A stretch of DNA of 63,320 nt, counting the filler, from Nemertoderma westbladi (Eukaryota > Animalia > Xenacoelomorpha): NCBI GenBank assembly GCA_032718475.1. It is 3 parts of 3 records of this genome, joined end to end, with 100 filler letters (N's around TTAATTAATTAA, not from the genome) between each part and the next. Parts side by side here need not be neighbours in the genome. Positions count along the whole stretch, not along the records: positions 1 to 31,288 come from JAUCBJ010003323.1; 2 more parts are not named here. One strand, written 5' to 3'. Shown piece by piece: positions 13,163-24,830 of this stretch. The notes below the pieces were generated by a model. That model did no database searches and was not told the origin of the DNA. It saw only the letters and a list, made by a program, of their open reading frames with translations. A program made the position numbers and the translations under genes. Position 1 is the first letter of the stretch. Each line of letters begins with the position of its first letter.

Positions 13163-14368
13163 GTCCCCTAATTTTTTAATAAAAATACAAAAAATTACAC
13201 ACTAAATAAATTTGGCGCAAAAAAATATAATATTTATGTTACGAATGATATGCACTATGCAAAATACTTGGAACATATACATACAGAACTTGCGGTGAAA
13301 ATACTTTCAGTTTAAAAATATATACGTACATACAAATACATATGCTACATAGACACACACTGCAAATGATAAAAATACTTAAATCAAATTTACTTCCAAT
13401 AAACATTGTTCCATCAAAATAAACTATATTTTATATTTAACTATTGTGTATAACTTTCAACATTCGACTAATACTACTAATATAAAAATACAAAAAAAGA
13501 CACACACCGCTTGGTCTGGCGTTGTAAGATAAGTAAGATTTAATTAATTATTCAAATTAAACGACACAAAAATAAGGGATAGATTGCCAGTCCACCTTAT
13601 TTAAATAATATATATTTTACTGTGCGCACACAGAATTACATTGTGATGGATATTACTTTTAATATATTATTTTTATTAATTATTATATTTTTCGGATATA
13701 AATAAATTAGCCAAAAATAAAACACCACCGTGTATCCTAACAGGAAATTTTTTATAAACCCCAGAGGTACGGCAATGATTATTTAATTATTTAATCGGAA
13801 GGGGAAATAGACCGGCCAGTCGACATTGATTACTCGACGCGATGTTGGCTCCAGAAACAAACTTTCAGCGAGGGAAGGGACAGGCGACATCAAATCTATC
13901 AGATGTCACACAACCATCGGTAATCCAGGGTGTAGACTTCGTCAGCGCCGCGCAGACACGCACTACCGCCAAAGCGCGTAAGGTGATGCTCGGCTCGGCG
14001 CACTTCCCATAACTCACCTGTCAACGGAACTAACTTTCGGACAACCTAATACTGTTATTTACTATCGGTTTTACATGTTATACTTACCAACCTCTTTTAA
14101 TCAACTAGGCAATAACACCATATTTGGTAGATTAAATGCCCACAAATCGATTGCATGCAATATCTATAATAACTAACCTGTATTTAAATAATAAAGGTGG
14201 AGGCTATTAAATTGATAATAGCCGCTCCGCCACTTTCCGTCCTAAGACTATATGTAGTCAAATTAACCTAATAATTATTTATGTGAGACTTCAAATCAAG
14301 TAATGATTTGTACTAGTTTTATTTTACTTTTTATTATGTAAGTACCAACATTAATTTAACTCGAACAT

Positions 14369-17300
14369 TTATCCCCAGTCCCCAGTTAAATTAATTAAAC
14401 GTATTCCTACGTAGTAATGACCGTCTATGAACTTTGTTGTCTCTCTTAGAATTTTCTCAGATTCTTGTACAGATTTGTTTTGCAGTCGTGTAGGACAATA
14501 ATATGCTTCAGAATCCCAAAATTTCATCAGTAAGTCATGGGTAACTTCATCTGACGGGCTATTATCATTCCACAAAGGGCAACATTCTAGATGATTTACT
14601 GATACTTGAGCTTTGGAATATTTTAAGTCATCGGGATTTTCGTCAGTAACGTCATCAGTTATGTCATCATATACATCATTCAAACGCCATCTGCAAGGTT
14701 GTTGTACACATTCCATCTGCTCAACAAAGTCATAATTTTCACTTCTTTCAGCCTTACACGTATGGACCTCCAAATCTGCATGACTGGCGTCATGGTTACT
14801 GCTGACATCACTTGCTACATGTACTGACGGCAAACGCCGTCCATCACATAATGGGCCTACCAAAGTCCAACCAAATGGCGTTTTAATTGCGTGGGGGTTA
14901 TTAATCTCATCATGGGAAGTGGGTCCCCATACGGATTTTAGAACTTTGTGAGCCTGGGGGTTATTCATTCCAATTATCATTGAAATACTATCAATATCTA
15001 CAGTAGGATAAGTAATGTTTACATTCTTAAGGTAAGTCAGCTGGTCTAATGACCACCTACTAGGTCTAACGTAATTTACGTGAAGATTAGGTATTAACAT
15101 TACGTCTCTTAGGGATAATGTGAAGTGACAGTCCTTTTGAATAGATCTAACAACACAAGCACCCTGTTCCACTGTCTTGCCTTCACGTGTTAGTATGGTG
15201 TTAAGTGATACATCTACAGGTTCTGTATCCATGTCTAGTAGCTCACCTACAGTCTTGTCTATTAGCGTCCCTGTGGAACCATCATCTAACAAAGCAAACG
15301 TAGTTATTAGGCGTCCCGTTTCAGTATTCTCAACTGAGAGTGGTACTACACCAAGGAATACAGCCTTTATGTCTAACCCCTTTGGATTCAAATCATGATT
15401 TAATGCCATTGTAGCTACGCTTTTGTATGCCCTATGATCTGTATTAGAGAACTGACTAAACTTCATAGATGTAGTGTTAGCCGCACTATCACGTTGTATA
15501 GCATAATAGTTTCTGAAAAGGTTGTCTGTCTCTTCCTCTGTCTTACATGGTTCAGGATGCAAAACCCTAGCGTGTCGTTTTCCACATCCACTTGCTGTGC
15601 AACGATATTTAGATCTGCACTTTTTCCGCCAATGCCCTTTCCGGAGACATAACGTACATAACTTATGTTCAGCCACGAAATCATAACACGCGCGGCTACC
15701 AATATCCTGTAGTTGAGTGCACTGAGCAGTAAAGTGAATTTTTTGGCAAAATAGACATGGCGACATTTCTGCCGCTGTTGTATTTACATTAATGTCTGTG
15801 TCGTCGACTAAGTAACCATAGTCACCTACAAGTGGGTTGTCTTGGGTAAATGGTTCGTCGTTATTTGTCTCCATTCCAGTCCATTCGTCGGTCACATGGA
15901 AACTTGACATTGTACTAGTCACCTTAGCTTCCGTGGGCATTCTAGAAGGTTTTTGTATGTCTAATACTTCCCGGCCAGGTGAAAAACCTTTAAATTTATC
16001 TCCCATTTTGCGCCTTAAAATGTCACCCGCTGCCTGAGGACCATATAACGGACATGTAGCTACATTTGCTTCCTCGTCTAGGAAAACCATCAACTCATCC
16101 ATACCGGGGTCACGGCCACACCTAATCCTAAATTTATTTACCTGCCTAGCCCAACGTATTCGTAATGGATTTGCTAAATTTGCCGCTATATTCTGAATAA
16201 ATTCAGGATTATTTAAATAGTAATGACATTGTAGGGTCTGTAAAATATCCATTGTGCGTCTTACATCGTGAGAGTACTTAAGTAGTTCTTTAGGGGAAGC
16301 TACGGGATATCTACATCGAGTGACGTCGGCAACAACTGCTTTCATTACCAATGCTGGTTGTCCATATCGTCTTTCTAATGTGTTCCATGCCATAGCATAC
16401 CCGTCAGTCATGCCTTCAAAGTGTTCGATTAAATCTAAAGGTTCTCCTCTAACATATGTTATTAAATATCGAAGTTTTACCTCATCTGGAACCTGCTTAG
16501 CATCAACCTGCGTACGAAACCTGTTTTTAAATCCTAAAAATTTCTTTGGGTCTCCGGTAAAAGGTGTTGGATCTAATTTTGGGGCCTCTAATGAAAGAGC
16601 TAATTTTTCGAACAAGGCATGCTGTTGGTTTGCTGTAGTATGGTTACATTTTTGTAGCGGTCGTCGACATTTGGTAGACTTCGATGAACTATTTTTTACG
16701 TTGCTATGACTACACTTTAAGTCCTCACTACTATTGTCAGAAGAATTATCATCGTCATCTGTATGTCTAACATGGTCTGGGTCAGGGTCACCATAAGGTA
16801 TGGAATGTCTGTACGGGGCTAAATCAACATCTGGGCCAGAGTTTCCTATGCATTCCGGGTTGTCTGTGACTATACCTCCATATGCATCCTGCGGTACACA
16901 TGTATTCTCAGTAGTATGTCGCCTGGAGTTAGATTTTCTGGACTTACCCCGATTAGGCTGATCTACTGATTGTGGGTGCTTACTTATTGAGCCGACAGTA
17001 CGCGATTGTGCATAAAATGCTTCGCCTCGCGGTCCTGGTGGCACTTTAAATTGTTCAGGGGGTCGTGATGGAGTAGTAGGTTGAATTTCAAACTGTGTGT
17101 ATGGTCTGTCGTGAAGTCTATACGCACTGGCCACACAAGGCCTATTGTATGTCGCTCCGCTGTCTTTAGGGATTGATACATTATGTTTCTTATTAACAGG
17201 TAATTGTTGGGTACTGCGCTGTGGTGACGTCATTGAATCATCAATTCGTGACGTCATTGTGCTTCCGGGTTTAGGATGGCTGTGAGGTGGATGAGAAACA

Positions 17301-19189
17301 CTTGTAAATTGTTTATGTTCGAGCGGCTGCTGGGTTGCCATCATGGGTGTCATCATATGCTGAGCTAATTTGTTAATAGATTGCGTCACATGTGATACAA
17401 CCTCCTCAAGTTGCTGATGAGTCACAAGGCGGTTCTCTGGAATAGTAGACAAATTACACTTTTGTGAGTCTGTTCTGTATATCCCTTTTCCTTTACGGAA
17501 AATTTTTGTCTTTTGTGAGTCCGCAATACGTGGTGGAAGTTGTCTAACACCTTCATCTGCCGAATTATCTGACAGCTCATCATCATTATCTTCCTCTGTA
17601 TCAGTTCTAATCATATGAGGCACTGAGTTAAAGGTTAACTTATTACGTATTAGTGATGATTCTGTATGTGTGGTGTGAGGTGTTGTAATTGTTGTCATTG
17701 TCGAAGTCGGGGGTACTACAACTTCTACTGGGTCTGCTACTTCTACAGGGTCTGCTACTTCTACAGGGTCTGCTACATCTGTGATTTCTGTGATAGCTGT
17801 AACAGGTCCATTGGCGAATGGTCTGGGGGCATCACTCCAGAATATGGATTCAGTAGGAGTGGATTGCATAGAAGGTAAAGCCAGGGACGCTATATCCACA
17901 ACAGTGTCAGTCTCGATGGCTTGCTCTACTTGCTGCCTATATTCTTCTAACTGGCGCTGGTGTCGAGCATGTTGGAGATCCTTTTGGTCTTCAAAATGTC
18001 TTATACGCTGGAAAATATCGTTTTTCTTTTGCATTTCTTTAATCCTATCACGTTCAGCTTGCTCTACCTGCAATGACTTACGATGAGCTTCATCCAACTG
18101 CCTCTTAGCTGTCTGTGAGGCTTCTTCCATTTGTAGTTTCGCAGCTTCCTTAGCCTCTTCTACCTGCCTCTTGGCTGCTTCCATTCGAGCACTAGCTTGC
18201 GCAGTTGCAAGTCTATTCTCGACCAGAACCCGTTCCCGTTCAATCTGTTGAGCCATCATCATGTCCTCCTCGTCATGTCGCTTAGATAGAACAGAGAGGT
18301 TAGCCTCGGCTATGCGTCTCATTCGAGATGACACTGTGGATCCAGCGTCAGATGCCCCCGACCCTGCTATAGAACACCTACCTACACTATTGGGCCTAAT
18401 TGCTAAATTTAGTGTAGGTCTGTCTACGTCTGGGCTGGCTACAATTGGCGTAAGTGTGCGATTCACGTGCTGACTAGAATCTGTTGCAAACGGAATAGGG
18501 TAACTATCCCAGGCTAAAGAAGCAATGGGTGTACTTACGGCTGAGGTTGTTTGGGTACTTACTCGGGATGTAATTGGTTCCAACTTAGTGCTTACCCATT
18601 CTGAAAATATAGTATATCTATCCTTACACTGTACATACCTTTTCTGAGCTCGTTGATATTCATCGACAGAGCCACCCTGGGTCTCAAAATACTGAGACTG
18701 ATGGCGGTATTGATCTACAATCTGAATCCACCTGCTGGCAAGCCTATCGACTTTTCGCCTCATATCTACAGTACACTGACCTTGTTGAGTTGTCATAGCG
18801 ACCGATTCCAGCTCCGATATACCAGCCTCCATATTGTGGTATAGTTGGCCCAGTCCACGATTGATAGTCTGGATGTCGACCTTCCTTGCTGGGACGTCGT
18901 CAGATTGGCGTTGGCGGTATGATTTCCTTCGTGCGCCGCCGGTATTCGCACCAGGGTCGGCATTCTCTCGGCGTAGTGAGCGCTGTGAGGAGTGTCTCTG
19001 ACTCAAAGCGACCCTTGAGCCAGACTTCTCGCTTCCGTGAGAAAGTTGGTTGTTGTCTAAGGTTATGGTGGTTAACAGTGGTGGTGGTGGTTCAATATCA
19101 GCTGTAGTCACTATCGTCGTGGTGGTGTCGACGTTGGTTGTCTCCTCTCTAGCAACCACTGAACCAGGGGGGCTATGAATAGTGGACAT
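14369..19189 (-). CDS. gag: BEL/Pao Gag-protease polyprotein, 1606 aa (no RT, RNase H or integrase)
   Basis: Coiled-coil N-terminal half. Pao gag core (PFTGDPKKFLGFKNRF...KLRYLITYVRGEP...AWNTLERRYG). Three Cys/His knuckles (CLFCQKIHFTAQC, CTLCLRKGHWRKKC, CTASGCGKRHARVLH). Protease ALLDDGSTGTLI and KTPFGWTLVGP. Stops at GHYYVGI, just before RT would begin. Confidence 0.88.
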   Translation of the reverse strand: MSTIHSPPGSVVAREETTNVDTTTTIVTTADIEPPPPLLTTITLDNNQLSHGSEKSGSRVALSQRHSSQRSLRRENADPGANTGGARRKSYRQRQSDDVPARKVDIQTINRGLGQLYHNMEAGISELESVAMTTQQGQCTVDMRRKVDRLASRWIQIVDQYRHQSQYFETQGGSVDEYQRAQKRYVQCKDRYTIFSEWVSTKLEPITSRVSTQTTSAVSTPIASLAWDSYPIPFATDSSQHVNRTLTPIVASPDVDRPTLNLAIRPNSVGRCSIAGSGASDAGSTVSSRMRRIAEANLSVLSKRHDEEDMMMAQQIERERVLVENRLATAQASARMEAAKRQVEEAKEAAKLQMEEASQTAKRQLDEAHRKSLQVEQAERDRIKEMQKKNDIFQRIRHFEDQKDLQHARHQRQLEEYRQQVEQAIETDTVVDIASLALPSMQSTPTESIFWSDAPRPFANGPVTAITEITDVADPVEVADPVEVADPVEVVVPPTSTMTTITTPHTTHTESSLIRNKLTFNSVPHMIRTDTEEDNDDELSDNSADEGVRQLPPRIADSQKTKIFRKGKGIYRTDSQKCNLSTIPENRLVTHQQLEEVVSHVTQSINKLAQHMMTPMMATQQPLEHKQFTSVSHPPHSHPKPGSTMTSRIDDSMTSPQRSTQQLPVNKKHNVSIPKDSGATYNRPCVASAYRLHDRPYTQFEIQPTTPSRPPEQFKVPPGPRGEAFYAQSRTVGSISKHPQSVDQPNRGKSRKSNSRRHTTENTCVPQDAYGGIVTDNPECIGNSGPDVDLAPYRHSIPYGDPDPDHVRHTDDDDNSSDNSSEDLKCSHSNVKNSSSKSTKCRRPLQKCNHTTANQQHALFEKLALSLEAPKLDPTPFTGDPKKFLGFKNRFRTQVDAKQVPDEVKLRYLITYVRGEPLDLIEHFEGMTDGYAMAWNTLERRYGQPALVMKAVVADVTRCRYPVASPKELLKYSHDVRRTMDILQTLQCHYYLNNPEFIQNIAANLANPLRIRWARQVNKFRIRCGRDPGMDELMVFLDEEANVATCPLYGPQAAGDILRRKMGDKFKGFSPGREVLDIQKPSRMPTEAKVTSTMSSFHVTDEWTGMETNNDEPFTQDNPLVGDYGYLVDDTDINVNTTAAEMSPCLFCQKIHFTAQCTQLQDIGSRACYDFVAEHKLCTLCLRKGHWRKKCRSKYRCTASGCGKRHARVLHPEPCKTEEETDNLFRNYYAIQRDSAANTTSMKFSQFSNTDHRAYKSVATMALNHDLNPKGLDIKAVFLGVVPLSVENTETGRLITTFALLDDGSTGTLIDKTVGELLDMDTEPVDVSLNTILTREGKTVEQGACVVRSIQKDCHFTLSLRDVMLIPNLHVNYVRPSRWSLDQLTYLKNVNITYPTVDIDSISMIIGMNNPQAHKVLKSVWGPTSHDEINNPHAIKTPFGWTLVGPLCDGRRLPSVHVASDVSSNHDASHADLEVHTCKAERSENYDFVEQMECVQQPCRWRLNDVYDDITDDVTDENPDDLKYSKAQVSVNHLECCPLWNDNSPSDEVTHDLLMKFWDSEAYYCPTRLQNKSVQESEKILRETTKFIDGHYYVGIRLINLTGDWG

Positions 19190-20035
19190 TATTTGTTAGC
19201 GATTATAAATATTTCGCAGGTCTGCCAAAATTAATTAATTTAATTAAATTTTTCAGATTTTTACACGGATTTTTTTTAAAGTAGGCCTATTTATTTGTAT
19301 AAACTTAAGTTACCCTCTTGACTGGCAATCTGAAAAAATAACTTTATATTTAATTAAATGTAATAAATTTGTTAGTGATACGCCACAAATGCATATCACT
19401 TATGTTATCAATAGGGGGATTAGAGACAATATTTAGATAATAAATTGTCTGGCTAGCTAAACCTGAATGTTGCCTAGACTTAGCTATACAATGTGTGTAA
19501 TATTAGAAACTGAAATATAGCATTAGCTTTAAAACTAATCTATTGTTGTCGGTGGTGCCTCCTACAATAGAAAAAGAGTCAGAATATAAATTATATACCT
19601 AACTTTCAAAACGAAAATTAAGATCATAAAAAGTTGCAAATTATACTTTACGGGATTCAGACCTGACCCCGGTCCTAAAAGGGGCCTGGTTTACTAGTAA
19701 ACACGTAGTAAATCAGGATAATCGTAGCGGTACCTTCTTACCCTCCGGCGATCGCGTGGAATGTAATATCCTCTTGCAGACCAATCTGGCCCAAAAGGAG
19801 TCCTAGCCCAATCAGATCTCCGGTCCCCGAGACCGGTTCGTAGTGATTTGGGACCACCGAACAAGGAAGGAGAAGGTAGGACTAAACGCTTGAGAGGCTA
19901 GGAAAATGAAGCAAAAATACAGCCTACAGTACCGATTGCACCACAATCAATAGCATAAGGTGATACTTAGCCAGTTTCCTTTTCGTCTCAGTTTGTAGAT
20001 GACTTTCGAAACAGAACGAGTTTGTGGAAGAGTTA

Positions 20036-20398
20036 AGCGTTGAGAAACAGCGTTGAGAAACAGCGTTGAGAAACAGCGATGAGAAACAGCGATGAGAAAC
20101 AGCGTTGAGAAACAGCATTGAGAAACAGCGTTGAGAAACAGCGATGAGAAACAGCGTTGAGAAACAGCGTTGAGAAACAGCGATGAGAAACAGCGATGAG
20201 AAACAGCGATGATAAACAGCGTTGAGAAACAGCGTTGAGAAACAGCGTTGAGAAACAGCGTTGAGAAACAGCGATGAGAAACAGCGTTGAGAAACAGCGT
20301 TGAGAAACAGCGATGAGAAACAACGTTGAGAAACAGCGTTGAGAAACAGCGATGAGAAACAGCGTTGAGAAACAGCGTTGAGAAACAGCGCTGAGAAA
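20036..20398. repeat. 13-bp tandem repeat in the 5' leader of the LTR element
   Basis: GAGAAACAGCG(T/A)T repeated ~27 times. Confidence 0.92.
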
Positions 20399-20420
20399 AT
20401 TGAACACTTATCCGCATTCA

Positions 20421-20432
20421 ACTATTTCTTAC
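20421..20432 (-). other. Non-tRNA primer-binding site, complementary to the element's own LTR
   Basis: Sense GTAAGAAATAGT abuts the 5' LTR. Its exact reverse complement lies in the LTR (20657-20668; 12783-12794). Confidence 0.6.
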
Positions 20433-21036
20433 TATACACAATTCCGGGTGTAATCCGGGCTCCTTTACTAAGTGTTGCGGGAAGTGTCAACTTATGCAGG
20501 GGATTAGTTCGTTAGTGGATACATTGTCTTTATACGCAGTTTCATTTCAGTTAGTACCAATAAAACAAGAGTTAATAATGCTTAGAACAATAAAACTGTA
20601 TATTTTAATGTTACAGTAGTTGCAATATTGATAGATTAACCGTGATAAATAAACTGGTAAGAAATAGTAGCCACTTTGAGGAGTGGTACTTGCCTGGGAA
20701 CTAAATAATATACCGTTAGTCCTAAAATCATCTACAACAATTATGTTATATAAACTCAGCCTTAAATACTGGTAAGCCAATAATGAATCCAATTTAAGCA
20801 TTTAACCAATCACAGGGCGAGGAATCGCACTGTGCAAATAGAACCAACAACAGTAAGCTGACATTGTAGTTAACTGTTCATTATGAAGCCTAACACAGAT
20901 AAAACTGTAGCCATGGTTACCGTTTACCGTTCAGTGTATAAGTAAAGGGCCATTAAGGTGGTTCTTAAATTCAATGCGCCGCAAATTTCCTTATTATGAA
21001 TAGAGATTGATAATTCAACAACCGGATTCGTGTACA
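20433..21036 (-). repeat. 5' LTR (604 bp)
   Basis: Matches 12559-13162. On the sense strand it has an ATTGG (CCAAT) box at ~20806 and TATA-like tracts at ~20750 and ~20710. Confidence 0.93.
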
Positions 21037-21749
21037 GGTCTGTGTTTTGTATACAACCCCCGCTAGAGGGGTCCATTAGTTCCCTTCTAATATGGCACCG
21101 AAATAGATGCAAATTTGTTAAATTTTCAATTTTCTCTCACAGATAAATTGTTATTTATTCTTCTTATGTGTTTATGACGAACCTAGCTACCTCAAACCTG
21201 CCTCGCTGCCTGCTTTAACGTTTGAGGCTGATATAATTATTGCTAAGCCAGTGATAGTCCATATACCATAATACTGTATGGTAGTAATCGTGCTCGTGCA
21301 CTATGCATAATAAATTCAGACACCACCGGCACCGCCCACTACTCTCGCCACCAGCCCAGCCCAATACATTAATTAAACATCTTAGTGGGGCGAGTCACGT
21401 AGTGGTTGAAGCTTTACCGTACAGATTTCATAATGTTGACATTCTTGTGATCTGCAATTTAAGATTATAAATTTTAACACGCAAAATAAATATTAAATAA
21501 CGATTAGAAAATTTATTTATTTCCAGCAGCTGCTATTGCAATCTGCAATGGTTTTCATATGTATAAATTGCCGGCAGTGTAGATAGACACACTTGATTCA
21601 AAATAACAACAGCAATTGGCCCTTAAAAGGGGCATTTGGGTTGAGTTGTATTACAGTATGTGACATGTGTCTGTAGGCATATTGAATTATCAAAATTAAT
21701 TACAATTAAATTAATAGATAGTCGAATAGTCAATCTTCACTACAGAAGA

Positions 21750-22706
21750 TTAATGTCCTTTATCCAGACCGGCAATGCGGAGAAATTTCCTGTTGGTTCC
21801 GTGACCTTCGGAAGATCGCTTTTCAGAGCACATCATGCTGGAGCGTTTCTGCATTCCGTTTAACAGTGTGTTCGCAAGGGTGGTACATGCAGCTGCGGGG
21901 GGCGCTGGTATTATATCGTACTGTACAGCGATGGTTTTGACCACCTGGGCTAATTGACGGTAGCACAGTATGGTTCCATCAGGTACCGAATCTACCCATG
22001 TCGCTGACGCCATTACCCACCAAACCAACTCATGTGATGGCAGCTGTAATCCACCCCTAGATAGCGTCTGGATAAATGCATTATCGGCCTGGATGGTGTT
22101 ACCGGATACTTCTATCTCTGGAATTACACGAATGATATAACCAGCTACATAGGCAGCAGCATGCCGCTAACCAACAGTAGCCTCAAGTTCACCCAAACGA
22201 TCTATAAGGACAAGGGATTCTTCGGTAAATGGGGTTACGCAACCTGGACATTCAATAGGGTGTTTAATGGCCGTCAACACATCTGGCATTTCACCCATCT
22301 TTACGAATGCTAGAAGGCTACGTAGACGCATCCCAGATTCAATATCCTTTACAGTAATTGACTGGTTAGAACCGGTCATACCACGCAGACATCCGAACTC
22401 ACCCTCCAAGCGATCTTGGGAAACTGTTCCAGTAAGAAAGTATGTGAACCCGCTGCTTAAAAGGTAGCGAGAACGGTCTATCATACCGGCCGTCGACTGG
22501 CACAGCGCCCTGTGGGTATCTGTCGTAAGACTCCGTATGCGACGGACACCAATACCGTGAGGGAACGAGCGGAATTCCTCCACTAAGCCCTTCAGCGACT
22601 CGATGGCAGCACAGTCGGATGATGTTATGGCCTGTCGATGATGATCTTTAAATCGGATCGCTTCCCCAATCGACTTTACGTTCATCAGTTTCCACCATGT
22701 CAACAC
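21750..22706 (-). pseudogene. P-element/THAP9-like transposase, C-terminal exon
   Basis: YFLTGTVSQDRLEGEFGCLR motif. After an in-frame stop at 22167 it continues with AYVAGYI and SRGGLQLPS. Putative splice acceptor at 22707. Confidence 0.75.
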
Positions 22707-23319
22707 CTGTAACAGCAGTAAACAAAACACGATATATTATTTACATTGTACAGTACATTATTTATAGAATTACGAACTTGAATATGCCCGATAAAATATA
22801 AATAAATCGATAATATAAAATATAATATATTAATATTAAATAGGAATAATTAAATAAATTAAATATATAATATAAATTAAATAAGTAAACTATTAATAAA
22901 GGCATAATGCCATTTTGCCCCGCATGGGGGCGCATTTATCATAAAAATATTAAATAATATTTATATTTTACTAAGGTGCCTAGGCCCATCCGCATTTACA
23001 TACATGTAATGGAATTTGTGCGTTTATAGGTGAATGTTACTACTAAAGTGTGTTTACAGTAGCGAGTCGCAATTGTGAAAGTAGCCCTAACTCTCCAGTA
23101 AGAACCTGAAGTAAATCTAAGCCTTTGGGACGGACAGTGGAGTGACTCGCGCTGGTTGTTGTGGTCGTTGTGCAGCTACGACGTTGGCGATAGGCACATC
23201 GGCGAAAGTACACCAGCGCTGAGGATCTTGCGCTGTCCGGGGGCCGAGAGGGGTAGGCAGCGACGCCCGCTAGCCTAAATATAAACTCATTATAATATTG
23301 ATAAACTCATATAGCAGAT

Positions 23320-24830
23320 ATGACTGAGTTGATAGAAGATGATCTTGGTATCAGGGAGCGATATACTCTACCTTTACAAGCGTTTGTTGATAGCTTGATA
23401 CGCGGCGACGCTGGTCCAACTACTACGGAGGACGATGGTCGTTATATCGAACCGCCAATGTCCCAGGAGCAACTTACGCGTGAATTGGACTATAGAAAAT
23501 TCACCGCTCGCTATACGCATCGTAATGGTACGTATATGGACTTCTTAACTACCGGCCATCCTATTGATTTACACGATACGGACGATGTAGACACCGAAAG
23601 GGAAATGGTTTTATTTAAATATCCTACCCAGCGGAGGCGGAACGATAAACCGAGAATGGAACACGAAAATTCTATTCGAAACAGACTCGGAAGGAGAAGA
23701 CATTGAAGAGCCGGATAAACGCAGCGACTTCAACGATTATCTGGAATTCCTGAGAGAAACATATCTCAATATTGCCAATCAACAAAATCCAGAAACTCGA
23801 TATCCTCAAGGTATACATCATGATCCTATGATAGAACTCAAACGACTCTATTTCACTATGATGTATCTTACCGCCGATCGACCGCTACCTGTCATCCCAG
23901 ATAGCTTCGAACAGATGGAAGAATATTGTAAAACCGAATAAATATCACCCGCGTTTCCCCTATAAGACGTGCGTCTTTGGTATTATTGCGATGAATGCCC
24001 AAGACCCAACCAACAAACGGAAAGACATAAACATCCGTGGAGACGTTGCTTTAAACACGGTTTTACTCGCTATATTTACGGGAGTTTCGAGCGAAACTTG
24101 TTCGACGTATTACCTACGCTCGTTCGACTCAAACGATCCTTACATAAACCTATGATCCGAGTTCCGGAATACTCGATCAGACCTCCTCACTCACTAGTGA
24201 GAACCCAGACTCTTGACCCTAATAGTATCAGGGATCTTCCCGAGCTGTACTCATTGTTCAAAGATTTAGTGTTACCCGAACAATTAGTCGGTGGCACTCC
24301 GGTTGTGGGCTCCCTAGATATTCGCCCATCTTACCTAGCCGGATTGGGACGCGGACATCTAATATCGCCATTCAACCGTATCATCGTCCCTGTTTAACCC
24401 GATACAACCTGTCACCAAGGCGGAGGAGAGAGTTGTACGAAACGCGTTGGACACTATTCGTCAAAAGATCGGAAAATGAACCTACAATTGTTTAGAGAAA
24501 CGTAAATTGCAGTAGCAAGTCCAAGCGGTAAACGAATTAACTTTATCTCAGTTCGATCAGGAAATTCAGAATCTCTAAGAAGATATCGAACTTGGACGAC
24601 CTTATTCTCTGCAAGAGTGTTGGATGAACGCATCCAACGATAAGCGGAGGAAAATCAGCTCGAGGAGAAGCATATCGAAATGGACGAGACATCGACCGTA
24701 ACCCTAAACCTTCAGATGCAATTGTATTGCACCCTTTACCCAAGGGTTATGGCCCTCCTAGTAAAGTGGCTCACCCCAAAGAGAAAAGGACTCTTGCTAG
24801 CCTCAAAAACGCCGTCCGCGCAAGAAAAAC
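23320..24830 (+). pseudogene. Decayed long intronless ORF of unknown family
   Basis: ORF 23320-23706, a shifted frame ~23657-23940 (WNTKILFETDSEGED...CKTE) and ORF 23969-24397 (same frame as the shifted piece, through two stops) read as one broken gene. TATAAA lies ~40 nt upstream of the ATG. Confidence 0.45.

Larger units (their letters stand above)
12559..21036 (-). mobile_element. Non-autonomous BEL/Pao-type LTR retrotransposon
   Basis: Direct repeats 12559-13162 and 20433-21036. TSD GGTCT (12554-12558, 21037-21041). Polypurine tract AAAAAATTAGGGGAC before the 3' LTR. Internal gag-protease ORF. Confidence 0.93.

Noticed and set aside
13800-14040. Hammerhead ribozyme in the LTR element 3' region (CTGACGA on the minus strand)
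   Set aside because: No stem II followed by GAAA could be built.
19924-20421. Three 124-165 aa ORFs
   Set aside because: Translations of the 13-bp repeat.
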